A stretch of 31,046 bases of DNA. Origin: a virus (lineage: Duplodnaviria > Caudoviricetes). Positions 8,545-16,493 of this stretch are shown piece after piece. Each line of letters opens with the position of its first letter. The stretch's first letter is position 1. Location: the IMG/VR virus record IMGVR_UViG_3300032227_000542, positions 1 to 31,046 of that record; one strand, given 5' to 3'. The position numbers were made by a program, and so were the translations under genes. The notes below the pieces were generated by a model that worked only from the letters and a program-made list of their open reading frames with translations, was not told the DNA's origin and made no database searches.

Positions 8545-8798
8545 AAGTTTATAAGAACAAAAAAACGGGCAGTTACGACGTACTAACCGAGAAAAATTTA
8601 CTTTTCCACGTGGAAAAATGGGGCGTTTCGTTTGTTGGTATTGTAAATAATAATTGGCAGCCAGACGGGAAATTATTAAAAAGAACCCCAATAAAGATAT
8701 ATTTACGGCTCATTGATGAAATGACCAAAAACGGGCGTAAATATGAATTCCTTTTAAAATTTTATGAAACGTTGCCGCGTGTGCAAGGAAAAGTTTAG
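8541..8798 (+). CDS. Hypothetical protein
   Basis: ATGA overlap with the dnaB stop favours start 8541. Confidence 0.7.
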   Translation: MKVYKNKKTGSYDVLTEKNLLFHVEKWGVSFVGIVNNNWQPDGKLLKRTPIKIYLRLIDEMTKNGRKYEFLLKFYETLPRVQGKV

Positions 8799-9300
8799 TC
8801 CGACTTATTCGAGCTTGCAAGCCACTTGCACAAAGCCCCAATGTTTAATTGAATGGGGCCGAATGGCTGAGCGAAAAAAAACGAAACGGGAAATTCGGCA
8901 AATGCGAGAAAACGTTAAAAGCGTCAGCCAATACCGCCGCGAGCTTCAAAAAGTGTTTAACGAATTTATAAGGCTCAGGGACTTAAAAAAACCGTGTATA
9001 AGTTGCGGCCGACCGTTACCCGCTAAATATGACGCTGGCCACTTTTATAGCGTGGGGAGTTACCCAAACCTAAGATTTAACGAGGATAACGTCCACGGCC
9101 AATGCGTCGAGTGTAATCAGCATAAGCACGGCAATTTGTTAGAATACGCCCCCAGGTTAACCGACCGAATCGGATTCGAACGGGCCTCGAAATTAATGCT
9201 ACTTAGAAACGAGCCGTTAAGGCTGAGCCTCGACGAAATAAAGGAACTTACCGCGCACTATAAAAAGAAAGTAAACGAATGGAAAACGAGGAGCGAATAA
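8764..9300 (+). CDS. ninG: NinG/Rap-family recombination endonuclease
   Basis: N-terminal CxxC, FNEFIRLRD, CISCG, DAGHF and NLRFNEDNVHGQCVECN. Confidence 0.92.
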   Translation: MKRCRVCKEKFSPTYSSLQATCTKPQCLIEWGRMAERKKTKREIRQMRENVKSVSQYRRELQKVFNEFIRLRDLKKPCISCGRPLPAKYDAGHFYSVGSYPNLRFNEDNVHGQCVECNQHKHGNLLEYAPRLTDRIGFERASKLMLLRNEPLRLSLDEIKELTAHYKKKVNEWKTRSE

Positions 9301-9440
9301 AGGAATTAAAAAACGAGCTTTTTATACTAATGGCGCGGCGATCGCTCCGCCCATGCGTTACCGAAAACGCCCGCCAATGGAGTATAATGGCCGAGCTTTA
9401 TAAGCTAACAGGAAACGAGCGATACAAATTAAATAGTTAA
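9279..9440 (+). CDS. Hypothetical protein, 53 aa, ending LYKLTGNERYKLNS
   Basis: Translated by hand; fills the gap between ninG and the next gene; shares a C-terminal motif with 9825-10019. Confidence 0.75.
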   Translation: MENEERIKELKNELFILMARRSLRPCVTENARQWSIMAELYKLTGNERYKLNS

Positions 9441-9458
9441 CCCTTAAAATTTAAATAA

Positions 9459-9689
9459 ATGAGTAATTTTCAACCAAAGGAGGGCCAAGGCTCCCTTTTT
9501 AAAAACGAAAAAAAGCAAAACGAGAAAAGCCCCGATTATGGCGGCTCAGTTATCGTTAACGGCCGCGAAATGCGTCTGAGCGCGTGGGTAAAAGAGGGGA
9601 AAAGTGGTAAATTTTTAAGCCTCCAAATTAGCGAAAAGAAACAAGCCGAAACGCCAGCCAATGCGAGACAATCCGACGACATTTTCTGA
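9459..9689 (+). CDS. Small putative ssDNA-binding protein (DUF736-like)
   Basis: GSLFKN...PDYGG...LSAW...GKFLSL pattern with an acidic/aromatic DDIF tail typical of SSBs. Confidence 0.65.
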   Translation: MSNFQPKEGQGSLFKNEKKQNEKSPDYGGSVIVNGREMRLSAWVKEGKSGKFLSLQISEKKQAETPANARQSDDIF

Positions 9690-9828
9690 GTTAATCACTC
9701 AGCTAAACGCCTTAATTGCCAATTATGAAGGCCGAAACTCACAACTTTCGGACGGATTACGCGGGTACATTCAAGGCCTGAGGGAAGCGCGCCACCTAGC
9801 GCAAAATTTACACGACCGCGAGTTATGA
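9661..9828 (+). CDS. Hypothetical protein, 55 aa (MRDNPTTFSELITQL...)
   Basis: Translated by hand; ATGA overlap with the next gene. Confidence 0.65.
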   Translation: MRDNPTTFSELITQLNALIANYEGRNSQLSDGLRGYIQGLREARHLAQNLHDREL

Positions 9829-10019
9829 AAAAAAACCTCTTAGACGAAAAATTTAAACTAATCGCGGAAATTAACGCCCTGAGGGCTGAGCGAATCGAGT
9901 TATTAAAACACGAAATCGATTACTCCACCCACGAATATAAGTCCAATTATAAACGAATAAGGGCGATTAACAAACGTTTGTACGAACTAACAGGAAACGA
10001 GATTTATAACAAGCGTTAA
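9825..10019 (+). CDS. Hypothetical protein, 64 aa, ending LYELTGNEIYNKR
   Basis: Last + strand gene of the arm; paralogous motif with 9279-9440. Confidence 0.75.
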   Translation: MKKNLLDEKFKLIAEINALRAERIELLKHEIDYSTHEYKSNYKRIRAINKRLYELTGNEIYNKR

Positions 10020-10402
10020 ATTTCAAAATGGGGGCGGTCTTGGAACCTTTTCCAATCGCCCCCCCATTTTATAAGGCCGTTAAAATTCGCTTTTATTATC
10101 GCCGCAAATTTGGCGAATAATTCAGGGGACCAATCGAGAGCCCCTTCCGAGTCTTTAAATGCAATGTCGAAAGCCTGAGCGGGTTTAACGTTGTGTTTTC
10201 CCCCCGTTTTGATGTTGGTTACGATTTTACCCGCAACCGTCCGCCCCTTTGCGTAAAGCTCGGCTTGCTCCTCATTACTCCGAAACGTGCACGTTAAAAA
10301 TGGCTGGGGATCGTTTGGGTATAACGCCCGAAATTCATGGGCCGCCAGCGTGTAAGCCCTTTGGAGTCGGTAATCGCAATCGGTTAGTTTTCGGCTTGCC
10401 AT
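10016..10402 (-). CDS. Endolysin, peptidase M15 family (L-Ala-D-Glu peptidase-like)
   Basis: FRSNEEQAELYAKGRT, KHN...AFD, WGGDW and DRPHFE zinc-peptidase motifs. Confidence 0.92.
   Translation of the reverse strand: MASRKLTDCDYRLQRAYTLAAHEFRALYPNDPQPFLTCTFRSNEEQAELYAKGRTVAGKIVTNIKTGGKHNVKPAQAFDIAFKDSEGALDWSPELFAKFAAIIKANFNGLIKWGGDWKRFQDRPHFEI
10025..10070. terminator. Long hairpin embedded in the endolysin 3' end, possible terminator of the + strand operon
   Basis: AAAATGGGGGCGG-TC-TTGGAA / TTCCAA-TCGCCCCCCCATTTT inverted repeat just past the convergent stops. Confidence 0.45.
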
Positions 10403-10965
10403 TTTCTTAAAGTTTCATCCTTCATTCTCGAGCCCCTTGAGCTTCCGACATAATAGGCAAAAATCGAGGTTCCAATCGACAACACGCTCCCGAACGTCAT
10501 ATCCGCGAGGCGTTGGTTTTCGTGGGGGATTACGATAAATATTAACGATAAAACGACGCCAATCAATAGACTCAGGCCAATAATAACGACGGCGGCAAAA
10601 AGCCAGTCTCTTTTACCCGTTGCGCTCAGAAAGGCTGCCTCACGTTCACGGGCGCTTTTACGATCGTCGACCTCAGCTTTATAAAATTCGAGCTCAGTCG
10701 TTAAATCGAGGCGCGTCATTTCGAGTTCAAAGTTTAAACGCATCTTTTCGAACTCTAACGCGAGGGCGTCATGCTGCTCGCTTTTATGCTTTTGACCATT
10801 AAGCCAGGCGCCGACCGTCTCGAGGGCTTGAACGCCTGTAATATCGCCCGCTATTTCGAGGATATCGCCCGCGACGGGTTTAACCTTATCCCGAATAAAT
10901 GAGCCGAATTTTGAGCCCTTAATCCGCTCGCCAATGGGTTTCTTATTTTTCTTTTTTTCGTTCAC
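10384..10965 (-). CDS. Membrane protein, putative holin or lysis accessory
   Basis: Coiled coil followed by two hydrophobic segments and YYVGSSRGS; next to the endolysin. Confidence 0.65.
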   Translation of the reverse strand: MNEKKKNKKPIGERIKGSKFGSFIRDKVKPVAGDILEIAGDITGVQALETVGAWLNGQKHKSEQHDALALEFEKMRLNFELEMTRLDLTTELEFYKAEVDDRKSAREREAAFLSATGKRDWLFAAVVIIGLSLLIGVVLSLIFIVIPHENQRLADMTFGSVLSIGTSIFAYYVGSSRGSRMKDETLRKWQAEN

Positions 10966-11288
10966 TTTTTAGGCGTTAGAAAAGTCAGAACCCCCGAGAT
11001 AATTTTTTTATAATTAGCCATGACGTAAATAAAAAGTTTCTCACCCATGAGCGTAGTCATAGGAACCGCCCAGCTGGCTTCAACACTGTAACCGTACTTC
11101 TCGCAGTAAATTGAGGTCATATACCCCGAAAAAACGGAAAGCCCGATAACGGCCACCCATTGAATGACGGTTAGCGTTCTTTTCATGTATAACATGTAAC
11201 TAATTTTCCCCATCGTACCGAGTACGATTCCGAAAACCCAATTTTGGACGTTCGAAAGGAAATCCGCGAAAGCATCGAGAAAGCTCAT
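10962..11288 (-). CDS. Putative holin
   Basis: 108 aa, two to three hydrophobic segments, basic C-terminus, in the lysis cluster. Confidence 0.65.
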   Translation of the reverse strand: MSFLDAFADFLSNVQNWVFGIVLGTMGKISYMLYMKRTLTVIQWVAVIGLSVFSGYMTSIYCEKYGYSVEASWAVPMTTLMGEKLFIYVMANYKKIISGVLTFLTPKK

Positions 11289-11377
11289 TTTCGTTTTTTA
11301 GTTTTTAGTAAAAGCTCTTTTTCGTACCGCTTGAGGGCCTCAAGTTGCACGCGCTTTTTTTCAGTTAGTTTTTTCAT
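11285..11377 (-). CDS. Small basic peptide, 30 aa (MKKLTEKKRVQLEALKRYEKELLLKTKKRK)
   Basis: Fills the gap; starts 3 nt after the upstream stop and overlaps the holin start by ATGA. Confidence 0.55.
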   Translation of the reverse strand: MKKLTEKKRVQLEALKRYEKELLLKTKKRK

Positions 11378-11380
11378 CAG

Positions 11381-11944
11381 TTAGGGAATTTGGTTAATTC
11401 TCCTCACGCCATAAGTACGGCTTGAGGCGGTATTTCCCGAACTAAATAAATAAGTATTCGAACCTTTTGTTATTCCAATCGGGCAGCGCTGGGGCCAAAC
11501 GTTGTTATTATACTCAGGAAATAAACTCGAGTTAGCACATAAATAATCGACCATGAGGCTCGTGTAGTGCTCAGCGTTTTGTTGCCATTTATTTAGTTGA
11601 TCTTTAAAAACGACATCGGGCACGGGCGTAGAATCTTCCGAGGTCCTTTGTACCATCGTGGCGTTATCAATTTTATAGGTTAACGCGGGGGCCGCCTCGA
11701 CCATCGCCCACCATAAAACAACGCGGCGCGCGTAATCGTCCACAAGGGTCAAATAATCGCCCGCTAGGGTATTATTAGCCACGTCGTTTTTAATCTTTTC
11801 GTAAAGGTTGGTCCCAAGGTATGGCGCGAGAAATTTATCCTGAGCCAAATAAATCGACGGATAAAGTAAATTTGGATCCACCGCCCCGTTTACGTTGGTA
11901 TATTTTTTAATATATACGTCTGATATCAAAAGTATTTCAGCCAT
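11381..11944 (-). CDS. Putative head-tail adaptor / head completion protein
   Basis: Helical 187-aa protein right after the portal; AQDKFLAPYLGTNLYEKI pattern. Confidence 0.6.
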   Translation of the reverse strand: MAEILLISDVYIKKYTNVNGAVDPNLLYPSIYLAQDKFLAPYLGTNLYEKIKNDVANNTLAGDYLTLVDDYARRVVLWWAMVEAAPALTYKIDNATMVQRTSEDSTPVPDVVFKDQLNKWQQNAEHYTSLMVDYLCANSSLFPEYNNNVWPQRCPIGITKGSNTYLFSSGNTASSRTYGVRRINQIP

Positions 11945-13776
11945 TATCTTCTATAATTTTTACCGTTTACTCCATAAATCGGATTCGTTGGGAGGAACCC
12001 GTTAAAATCGCTATCAATTGGTAGCAACGCCACTAATTCAGGATTACGAATTTTATACCCCATACGCTCAGCCCTGGCGACCGCGATCCTTTGCGAATCA
12101 TTCGCGAGCGGGTTTATTCCTTTGGCGTTTATATAGACCTCTTTTTGGAAAAAATGGTAACAGTTTCCTCCGCCCTTCCTGAGCCAAATGGAGTAAAAAT
12201 TGGACCCGTTAGGCCCCCATCCTGGGTTAACGGGACGGTCCTCCATTGCTTCAATATCCTCCTTTCGATAAAGTTTATCCGCCGCCATCATTTTTTTACA
12301 GAATTCCCGCTCAGGGCTTTTTGAACCCGCATATCTATACCGCGTCATGAATGTAACGCCCGCGTAATTCGTTTCGTCTTGGTCGCTAGGCTTCATTGGT
12401 TTCGCGCTTCCCGTCGACGCCAATTCATGGGCGGTTATTTTAACGAGCTCCTCGTTTTCGGCGTCGTCAGTTTCGTAATCGACCTCGTAAGAATCTATTA
12501 AAATATAACCCGAAGGCGGGTCGGTTCCGAGGGCTATCAGCTCCTCGGCTATTTCCGAGCCCAGCGCCTCGAGTTCATTGGTTTCACGCGCGCAACAAAC
12601 GGGCTTTTTTTTTTCATCCTCAGCCATTACGGGAGCGGATGAAGCGGGAACCTGAGCCGTAGGCGCTGGCGTATTAACCGCAATTTCGCCCGCGTTAGTT
12701 AATGGAGAATTTGGAATAACGGTAATACTAATATTTGGCATTTCATAACTCAAAATTTCCTCGAGTCCTGAGGCTAATTTTCTTTGAGCGGGATCGACGA
12801 CCTGATTTGTAAAAATTTGGAGGCCGACCGCCATTTCATCTTTATTCGAACCGAACCCACCGCCCACGTCACGAATACCGAAAAGCAAAGGAGTCACCAC
12901 GCGGTGAGCGACCATGATTAACGAGGTCGATTCCTTACTCAAAAACTCGTATTGTTTATCGGCGTCCGATAGTGGAAAGGTTGTAATATCGGGTTTAGGG
13001 GTATCGCGCTCGTTAAACGTCATTATGAATTTACCCGCATTCCTGGCGCCCGTTAATTCCCTTTCCCAATCCCTTTTTATTTGTTGTTGTTCGTCGGGAG
13101 CTGGCGCGCCTTGGAATAGGCTAACAATCATAGAAGGGCTCAGGCCGTTCATGATATTATTTACGTGATAAACGCTAATTTCCCGCGCTAATTCAATGGA
13201 ATTTATAGCGCTATAATAGTCGGGACGCGGGTAAATATTAGCCCCACAATATGCGAACTTATAAAATATTTGGCGCGGCTCCTCGGTGTTATTTTTTGGA
13301 TTAAATACGGGTAAAAACTCGGGTTTATTGCGTTTCTTACGTGTATTCGCCCAATCGTTTGAGTGATAAACGCCAACGATTTCCTCCTCCTCATTTGTGA
13401 CAGCTATCCGACATTCCTCAAAGGGTAAATGGCGGATTTTCGCTATGTTTTGACGGTCAATTGAGTAAATGACTTCAATGTAATAACCGCCGTATTTTTT
13501 GTAATCATGAGCGCAACCGTAAAAAACATCGTAAGCGCTGAGCGCCTCCAATCTTGAGTTATAAACGCCAGCCTCGAGACCCTTTCCCGCGAACATGTCA
13601 CCAATCGAAATACACAGCGAACCGTGAACGGCTCCCGTGGCGGCGAGCTCAGAAAGATATTGAGGAAATAAATTATCGACGCCGTAATTAACCCAGCCCG
13701 AACGGTCGGTTTTTTCGGCTGAGCTCCTCACCGTATAATCGGCGAGGCTTATTCGTTTTACGTTATGGGTTTCCAT
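11944..13776 (-). CDS. Portal protein with C-terminal head-morphogenesis (MuF-like) extension
   Basis: YGVDNLFPQYL, YPRPDY, NIMNGLSPSMIV, GARNAGKF and IMVAHRV..PLLFGI portal-like motifs in aa 1-360; Pro/Ala linker; REFC...GGGNCYH domain. Confidence 0.85.
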   Translation of the reverse strand: METHNVKRISLADYTVRSSAEKTDRSGWVNYGVDNLFPQYLSELAATGAVHGSLCISIGDMFAGKGLEAGVYNSRLEALSAYDVFYGCAHDYKKYGGYYIEVIYSIDRQNIAKIRHLPFEECRIAVTNEEEEIVGVYHSNDWANTRKKRNKPEFLPVFNPKNNTEEPRQIFYKFAYCGANIYPRPDYYSAINSIELAREISVYHVNNIMNGLSPSMIVSLFQGAPAPDEQQQIKRDWERELTGARNAGKFIMTFNERDTPKPDITTFPLSDADKQYEFLSKESTSLIMVAHRVVTPLLFGIRDVGGGFGSNKDEMAVGLQIFTNQVVDPAQRKLASGLEEILSYEMPNISITVIPNSPLTNAGEIAVNTPAPTAQVPASSAPVMAEDEKKKPVCCARETNELEALGSEIAEELIALGTDPPSGYILIDSYEVDYETDDAENEELVKITAHELASTGSAKPMKPSDQDETNYAGVTFMTRYRYAGSKSPEREFCKKMMAADKLYRKEDIEAMEDRPVNPGWGPNGSNFYSIWLRKGGGNCYHFFQKEVYINAKGINPLANDSQRIAVARAERMGYKIRNPELVALLPIDSDFNGFLPTNPIYGVNGKNYRR

Positions 13777-14158
13777 TGTAAATAATATCGTCGTTAATGG
13801 TTATATTGGGGACGTCGTAATAAATCGTCGCGCTCGTTAAATCGAGCCAACCGATTCGGCACAGGCCAACGACCGCCGCGTTAGTTGGGTCTAAATTTAC
13901 GGCCGAATTTTGACCGTAAACATAGTATCGATAACGCCCAGGAAGGGTTAACCCGAGCGTCGTTACGGTTAATTGGGTAATTCGTTGGTTTTCTATTACG
14001 ATCGTCGGGACCTGAGCGAGCTCCTCACCAACGGTTGAATTTTCCTCATGAATTAAAATAAATAAATAATGCGAAAACGCGACCGCGAAATATTGCCGCG
14101 ACTCGTTCAAACTTAAATATAAAGTCTGGCCCGCCTGATTTGTATTTAGATAATTCAT
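13763..14158 (-). CDS. Putative virion structural protein, beta-rich
   Basis: Position between tail tube and portal; GRYRYYVYGQ. Confidence 0.6.
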   Translation of the reverse strand: MNYLNTNQAGQTLYLSLNESRQYFAVAFSHYLFILIHEENSTVGEELAQVPTIVIENQRITQLTVTTLGLTLPGRYRYYVYGQNSAVNLDPTNAAVVGLCRIGWLDLTSATIYYDVPNITINDDIIYNGNP

Positions 14159-14166
14159 TTTCTTAT

Positions 14167-14203
14167 AAAAAAGGGGCGAGGTTTAACGCCCGCCCCCGTT
14201 TTT
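14167..14203 (-). terminator. Intrinsic terminator after the tail tube gene
   Basis: Minus strand GGGGCGGG-CGTTAAA-CCTCGCCCC then TTTTTT. Confidence 0.8.
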
Positions 14204-14226
14204 AATATATAACCCTTTAACGAATA

Positions 14227-14772
14227 TTATTGAACTACCGTAATTCCCGAGAAATTATCGAAAGGAACGGACGTGTACGCCTCAAGGAAATCAGGTTGGC
14301 CAGGCTCTTGAGCGTTAACGGTAATTTGGTAACCGTTTAGATCGCCTTTCGCCTTTCCTGATTGATAAGAACCCGTAGTTAAAAATGCTCCGTCGGTACG
14401 GCCTACGCAAACGATTTGATCGTCGTACAATTGAACGAAAACGATAAGTTTCGCTTTGCTCATTTGCTCGAGTTCTTTCTTTTTATCGTTCGAAAGTTTA
14501 CCCAAAGTAAGCTCGACCGTTTGGTCGTAATAAAGCGTTCCGTTTTCGAGGTTAGCGGTTGGCACCACAGTAACGGCGCCTGTGTTGCGGTTAGGTTGGT
14601 ATTGGAAAACGTCAACGCTTCCCGCAACGCCAGGAAGGCCGTCGATAATTCCGTTAGCGTCTAACGTTATTCCGCTGGCGAAAAACTCCCAATTCGCGAA
14701 ATATACGTTTTTGACCCCGCCGACCCCCTCGTTACAATCGAGCATAAAGCCCGCACTCAGTAAACATGGCAT
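14227..14772 (-). CDS. Major tail (tube) protein
   Basis: 181 aa after the capsid gene; LDCNEGVGGVKNVYF, ENGTLYYDQTV and SGKAKGDLNGYQIT...EP patterns. Confidence 0.7.
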   Translation of the reverse strand: MPCLLSAGFMLDCNEGVGGVKNVYFANWEFFASGITLDANGIIDGLPGVAGSVDVFQYQPNRNTGAVTVVPTANLENGTLYYDQTVELTLGKLSNDKKKELEQMSKAKLIVFVQLYDDQIVCVGRTDGAFLTTGSYQSGKAKGDLNGYQITVNAQEPGQPDFLEAYTSVPFDNFSGITVVQ

Positions 14773-14793
14773 AGTATTATATTTTTAAAGTTA

Positions 14794-14815
14794 GGGGGGG
14801 GCTTTTAAACCCCCC
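14794..14815 (-). other. G/C hairpin after the capsid gene without a U tract (stabiliser or weak terminator)
   Basis: Minus strand GGGGGG-TTTAAAAG-CCCCCC. Confidence 0.5.
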
Positions 14816-14825
14816 ATTTAATTTT

Positions 14826-15725
14826 TTAGAACCAAGTACCGTAAGCGGCGATTTCGTTACCGATACCGAACTGAGCGCCCGCGAAAAACTTAGCGCTAAA
14901 GCGGACGTTATCCTCAGCAAATTGGCCCATATCGACAACCTGAATGTTATTCCAATCGCTCAGGACGTTAGTACCGAACCAAAGGTTAGATTTTTGAGCC
15001 ATTACGATAGTATCATCTGGCATGCCTGGGCAAATTGCCAACTGATAACCCAAATAAGATTTAGGCATTTCAGGACCGCCGTAAGTATACCAACCGTTAC
15101 CCGCCGCCGCGCTGGCTTGCATAAATGCCTCCCAAACGTTTTGCGCGATGTAAATAACAGGCTTTTCGGTTGAACGCTTTACAGCAGTTGGACAATCCGC
15201 AACGGTCAAAGCGATTTTAGCAATTACGTTGCTCGAGTCGATAGCTACGGGAGTGGCTACGAAATTAACGCCCGAACCGCCCGCATTCATAAGAGTCAAA
15301 AGTCCGTCGTATTGGCCCGCCGTAGCGTTAACGCCCGTCCAAAGGATTTCCTCGTTTTTCGCCGCGATTCCCTCGAGCATGTTAGCGATCAAAGTCTCGC
15401 TCAATGCTGGCTCGAGTTCACCGTTTTGTACGTAGTTAGCGCCCCAATCCGCGAGGAAAGTGTTTTTACAAAGGTTGCGTTGAACTTGGAATTTCTCAAG
15501 CGTTAAAACGCGCTCGGTAATAGTCACAGTACCCAGCGGCGTAAAGTCACAAGTTGGAGCCTCAAAAGTGATATTATCGACCAACTTTTTAACGATTTGT
15601 TTGTAGTCGATATTTTCTTTAACGGTCACGTGTTGGAGTGACTCGTTAGCAAGGAACGCGGCTTTAATATACTCACCCGCATATTTTCCCGCATAAGTTG
15701 TAGTTAACGATGTAGTCGTAGCCAT
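14826..15725 (-). CDS. Major capsid protein
   Basis: 299 aa after protease and scaffold; TTTYAGKYAGEYI N-terminus, EEILWTG...YDGL, SYLGYQLAICPGM and C-terminal G..IV-like end consistent with the HK97 fold. Confidence 0.85.
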   Translation of the reverse strand: MATTTSLTTTYAGKYAGEYIKAAFLANESLQHVTVKENIDYKQIVKKLVDNITFEAPTCDFTPLGTVTITERVLTLEKFQVQRNLCKNTFLADWGANYVQNGELEPALSETLIANMLEGIAAKNEEILWTGVNATAGQYDGLLTLMNAGGSGVNFVATPVAIDSSNVIAKIALTVADCPTAVKRSTEKPVIYIAQNVWEAFMQASAAAGNGWYTYGGPEMPKSYLGYQLAICPGMPDDTIVMAQKSNLWFGTNVLSDWNNIQVVDMGQFAEDNVRFSAKFFAGAQFGIGNEIAAYGTWF

Positions 15726-15737
15726 AGCTAATTTTTT

Positions 15738-16346
15738 TTATTTAATTTTTTCGATGTTGTTTATAATGCGTTCGCGGAGGGTCATCTGAGAAAATGGTTT
15801 TTCCGCTTTTTGCTCGCCCATGATTACGCGAGTAGAACTTTTTTCTTTTACCGATACGGTTGCGGGTTGCTTTTTTACAGCGGCCAATTCAGCCTTAACC
15901 GCTCCGAGTTTTTCGGTAGCTTTTGAAGCCTCATTTTTCACGATCGCGAGCTCAGTTTCTAACGCGGTTTTTTCGCCCTCAAGGGTCGAAACGCGCTCGC
16001 TGAGTTTATTAATTGCGCTCAGTAAATCGTCCGAGCTCATTTCCTTCTCCATTTCAGGAAGGCCCATTTCGGCGATTTGAGAAGCCTCGTTAACGTCGAT
16101 AAATTCACCGCTTTCGAGCTCATAACGGCCCGCGGTGGCTGGGACCATGTTACCCTCGGCGTCCTTAGTATAAACCTCGGCGCCAATCGCGAAACTTTCG
16201 GCGCTTGTATAAATGGGAGTCCCATCTATTAATTTGCCTTCCGTCTCGAGTTTAACTTCCTCGAGTTTAATACCGTGAACGCTTGGATCAATCCCAAACT
16301 TTGAAAATATATTTTTCAAAGAGTCTTTTAAATTGGTTTTTGACAT
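15738..16346 (-). CDS. Putative capsid scaffold protein
   Basis: Acidic N-terminal part plus coiled coil, between protease and capsid genes. Confidence 0.7.
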   Translation of the reverse strand: MSKTNLKDSLKNIFSKFGIDPSVHGIKLEEVKLETEGKLIDGTPIYTSAESFAIGAEVYTKDAEGNMVPATAGRYELESGEFIDVNEASQIAEMGLPEMEKEMSSDDLLSAINKLSERVSTLEGEKTALETELAIVKNEASKATEKLGAVKAELAAVKKQPATVSVKEKSSTRVIMGEQKAEKPFSQMTLRERIINNIEKIK

Positions 16347-16366
16347 GCGTATAATGTTTTGCGTAT

Positions 16367-16375
16367 GTAACGGAA
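16367..16375 (-). promoter_or_regulatory. Candidate late promoter element TTCCGTTAC, copy 1
   Basis: Intergenic, downstream of a terminator and 21 nt before the scaffold ATG; same 9-mer at 29032-29040. Confidence 0.5.
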
Positions 16376-16414
16376 ACGCCTATTTTTTTCCCTAATTACA
16401 AATTATACCAAACC

Positions 16415-16444
16415 AAAAAGGGCCCCTCGTTAGGAGCCCTTTTT
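16415..16444 (-). terminator. Intrinsic terminator after the protease gene
   Basis: AAAAAGGGCTCCT-AACG-AGGGGCCCTTTTT; the U-G wobble is valid on the minus strand. Confidence 0.85.
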
Positions 16445-16493
16445 AGTCTTCACCCTTAAACACTTGAACCGAAACTCACCTCGCGGTGATGCT
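16415..16493 (-). ncRNA. Candidate 3'UTR-derived small RNA (hairpin, seed, terminator)
   Basis: TCACC-GCGA-GGTGA hairpin, single-stranded GTTTCGGTTCAAGTGTTTAAGGGTG, then terminator. Confidence 0.45.

Noticed and set aside
16399-16407. TATAATTTG on the - strand as a Bacteroidota -7 box for the capsid operon
   Set aside because: Does not fit TAnnTTTG spacing (one base too long); the TTCCGTTAC motif is the better candidate
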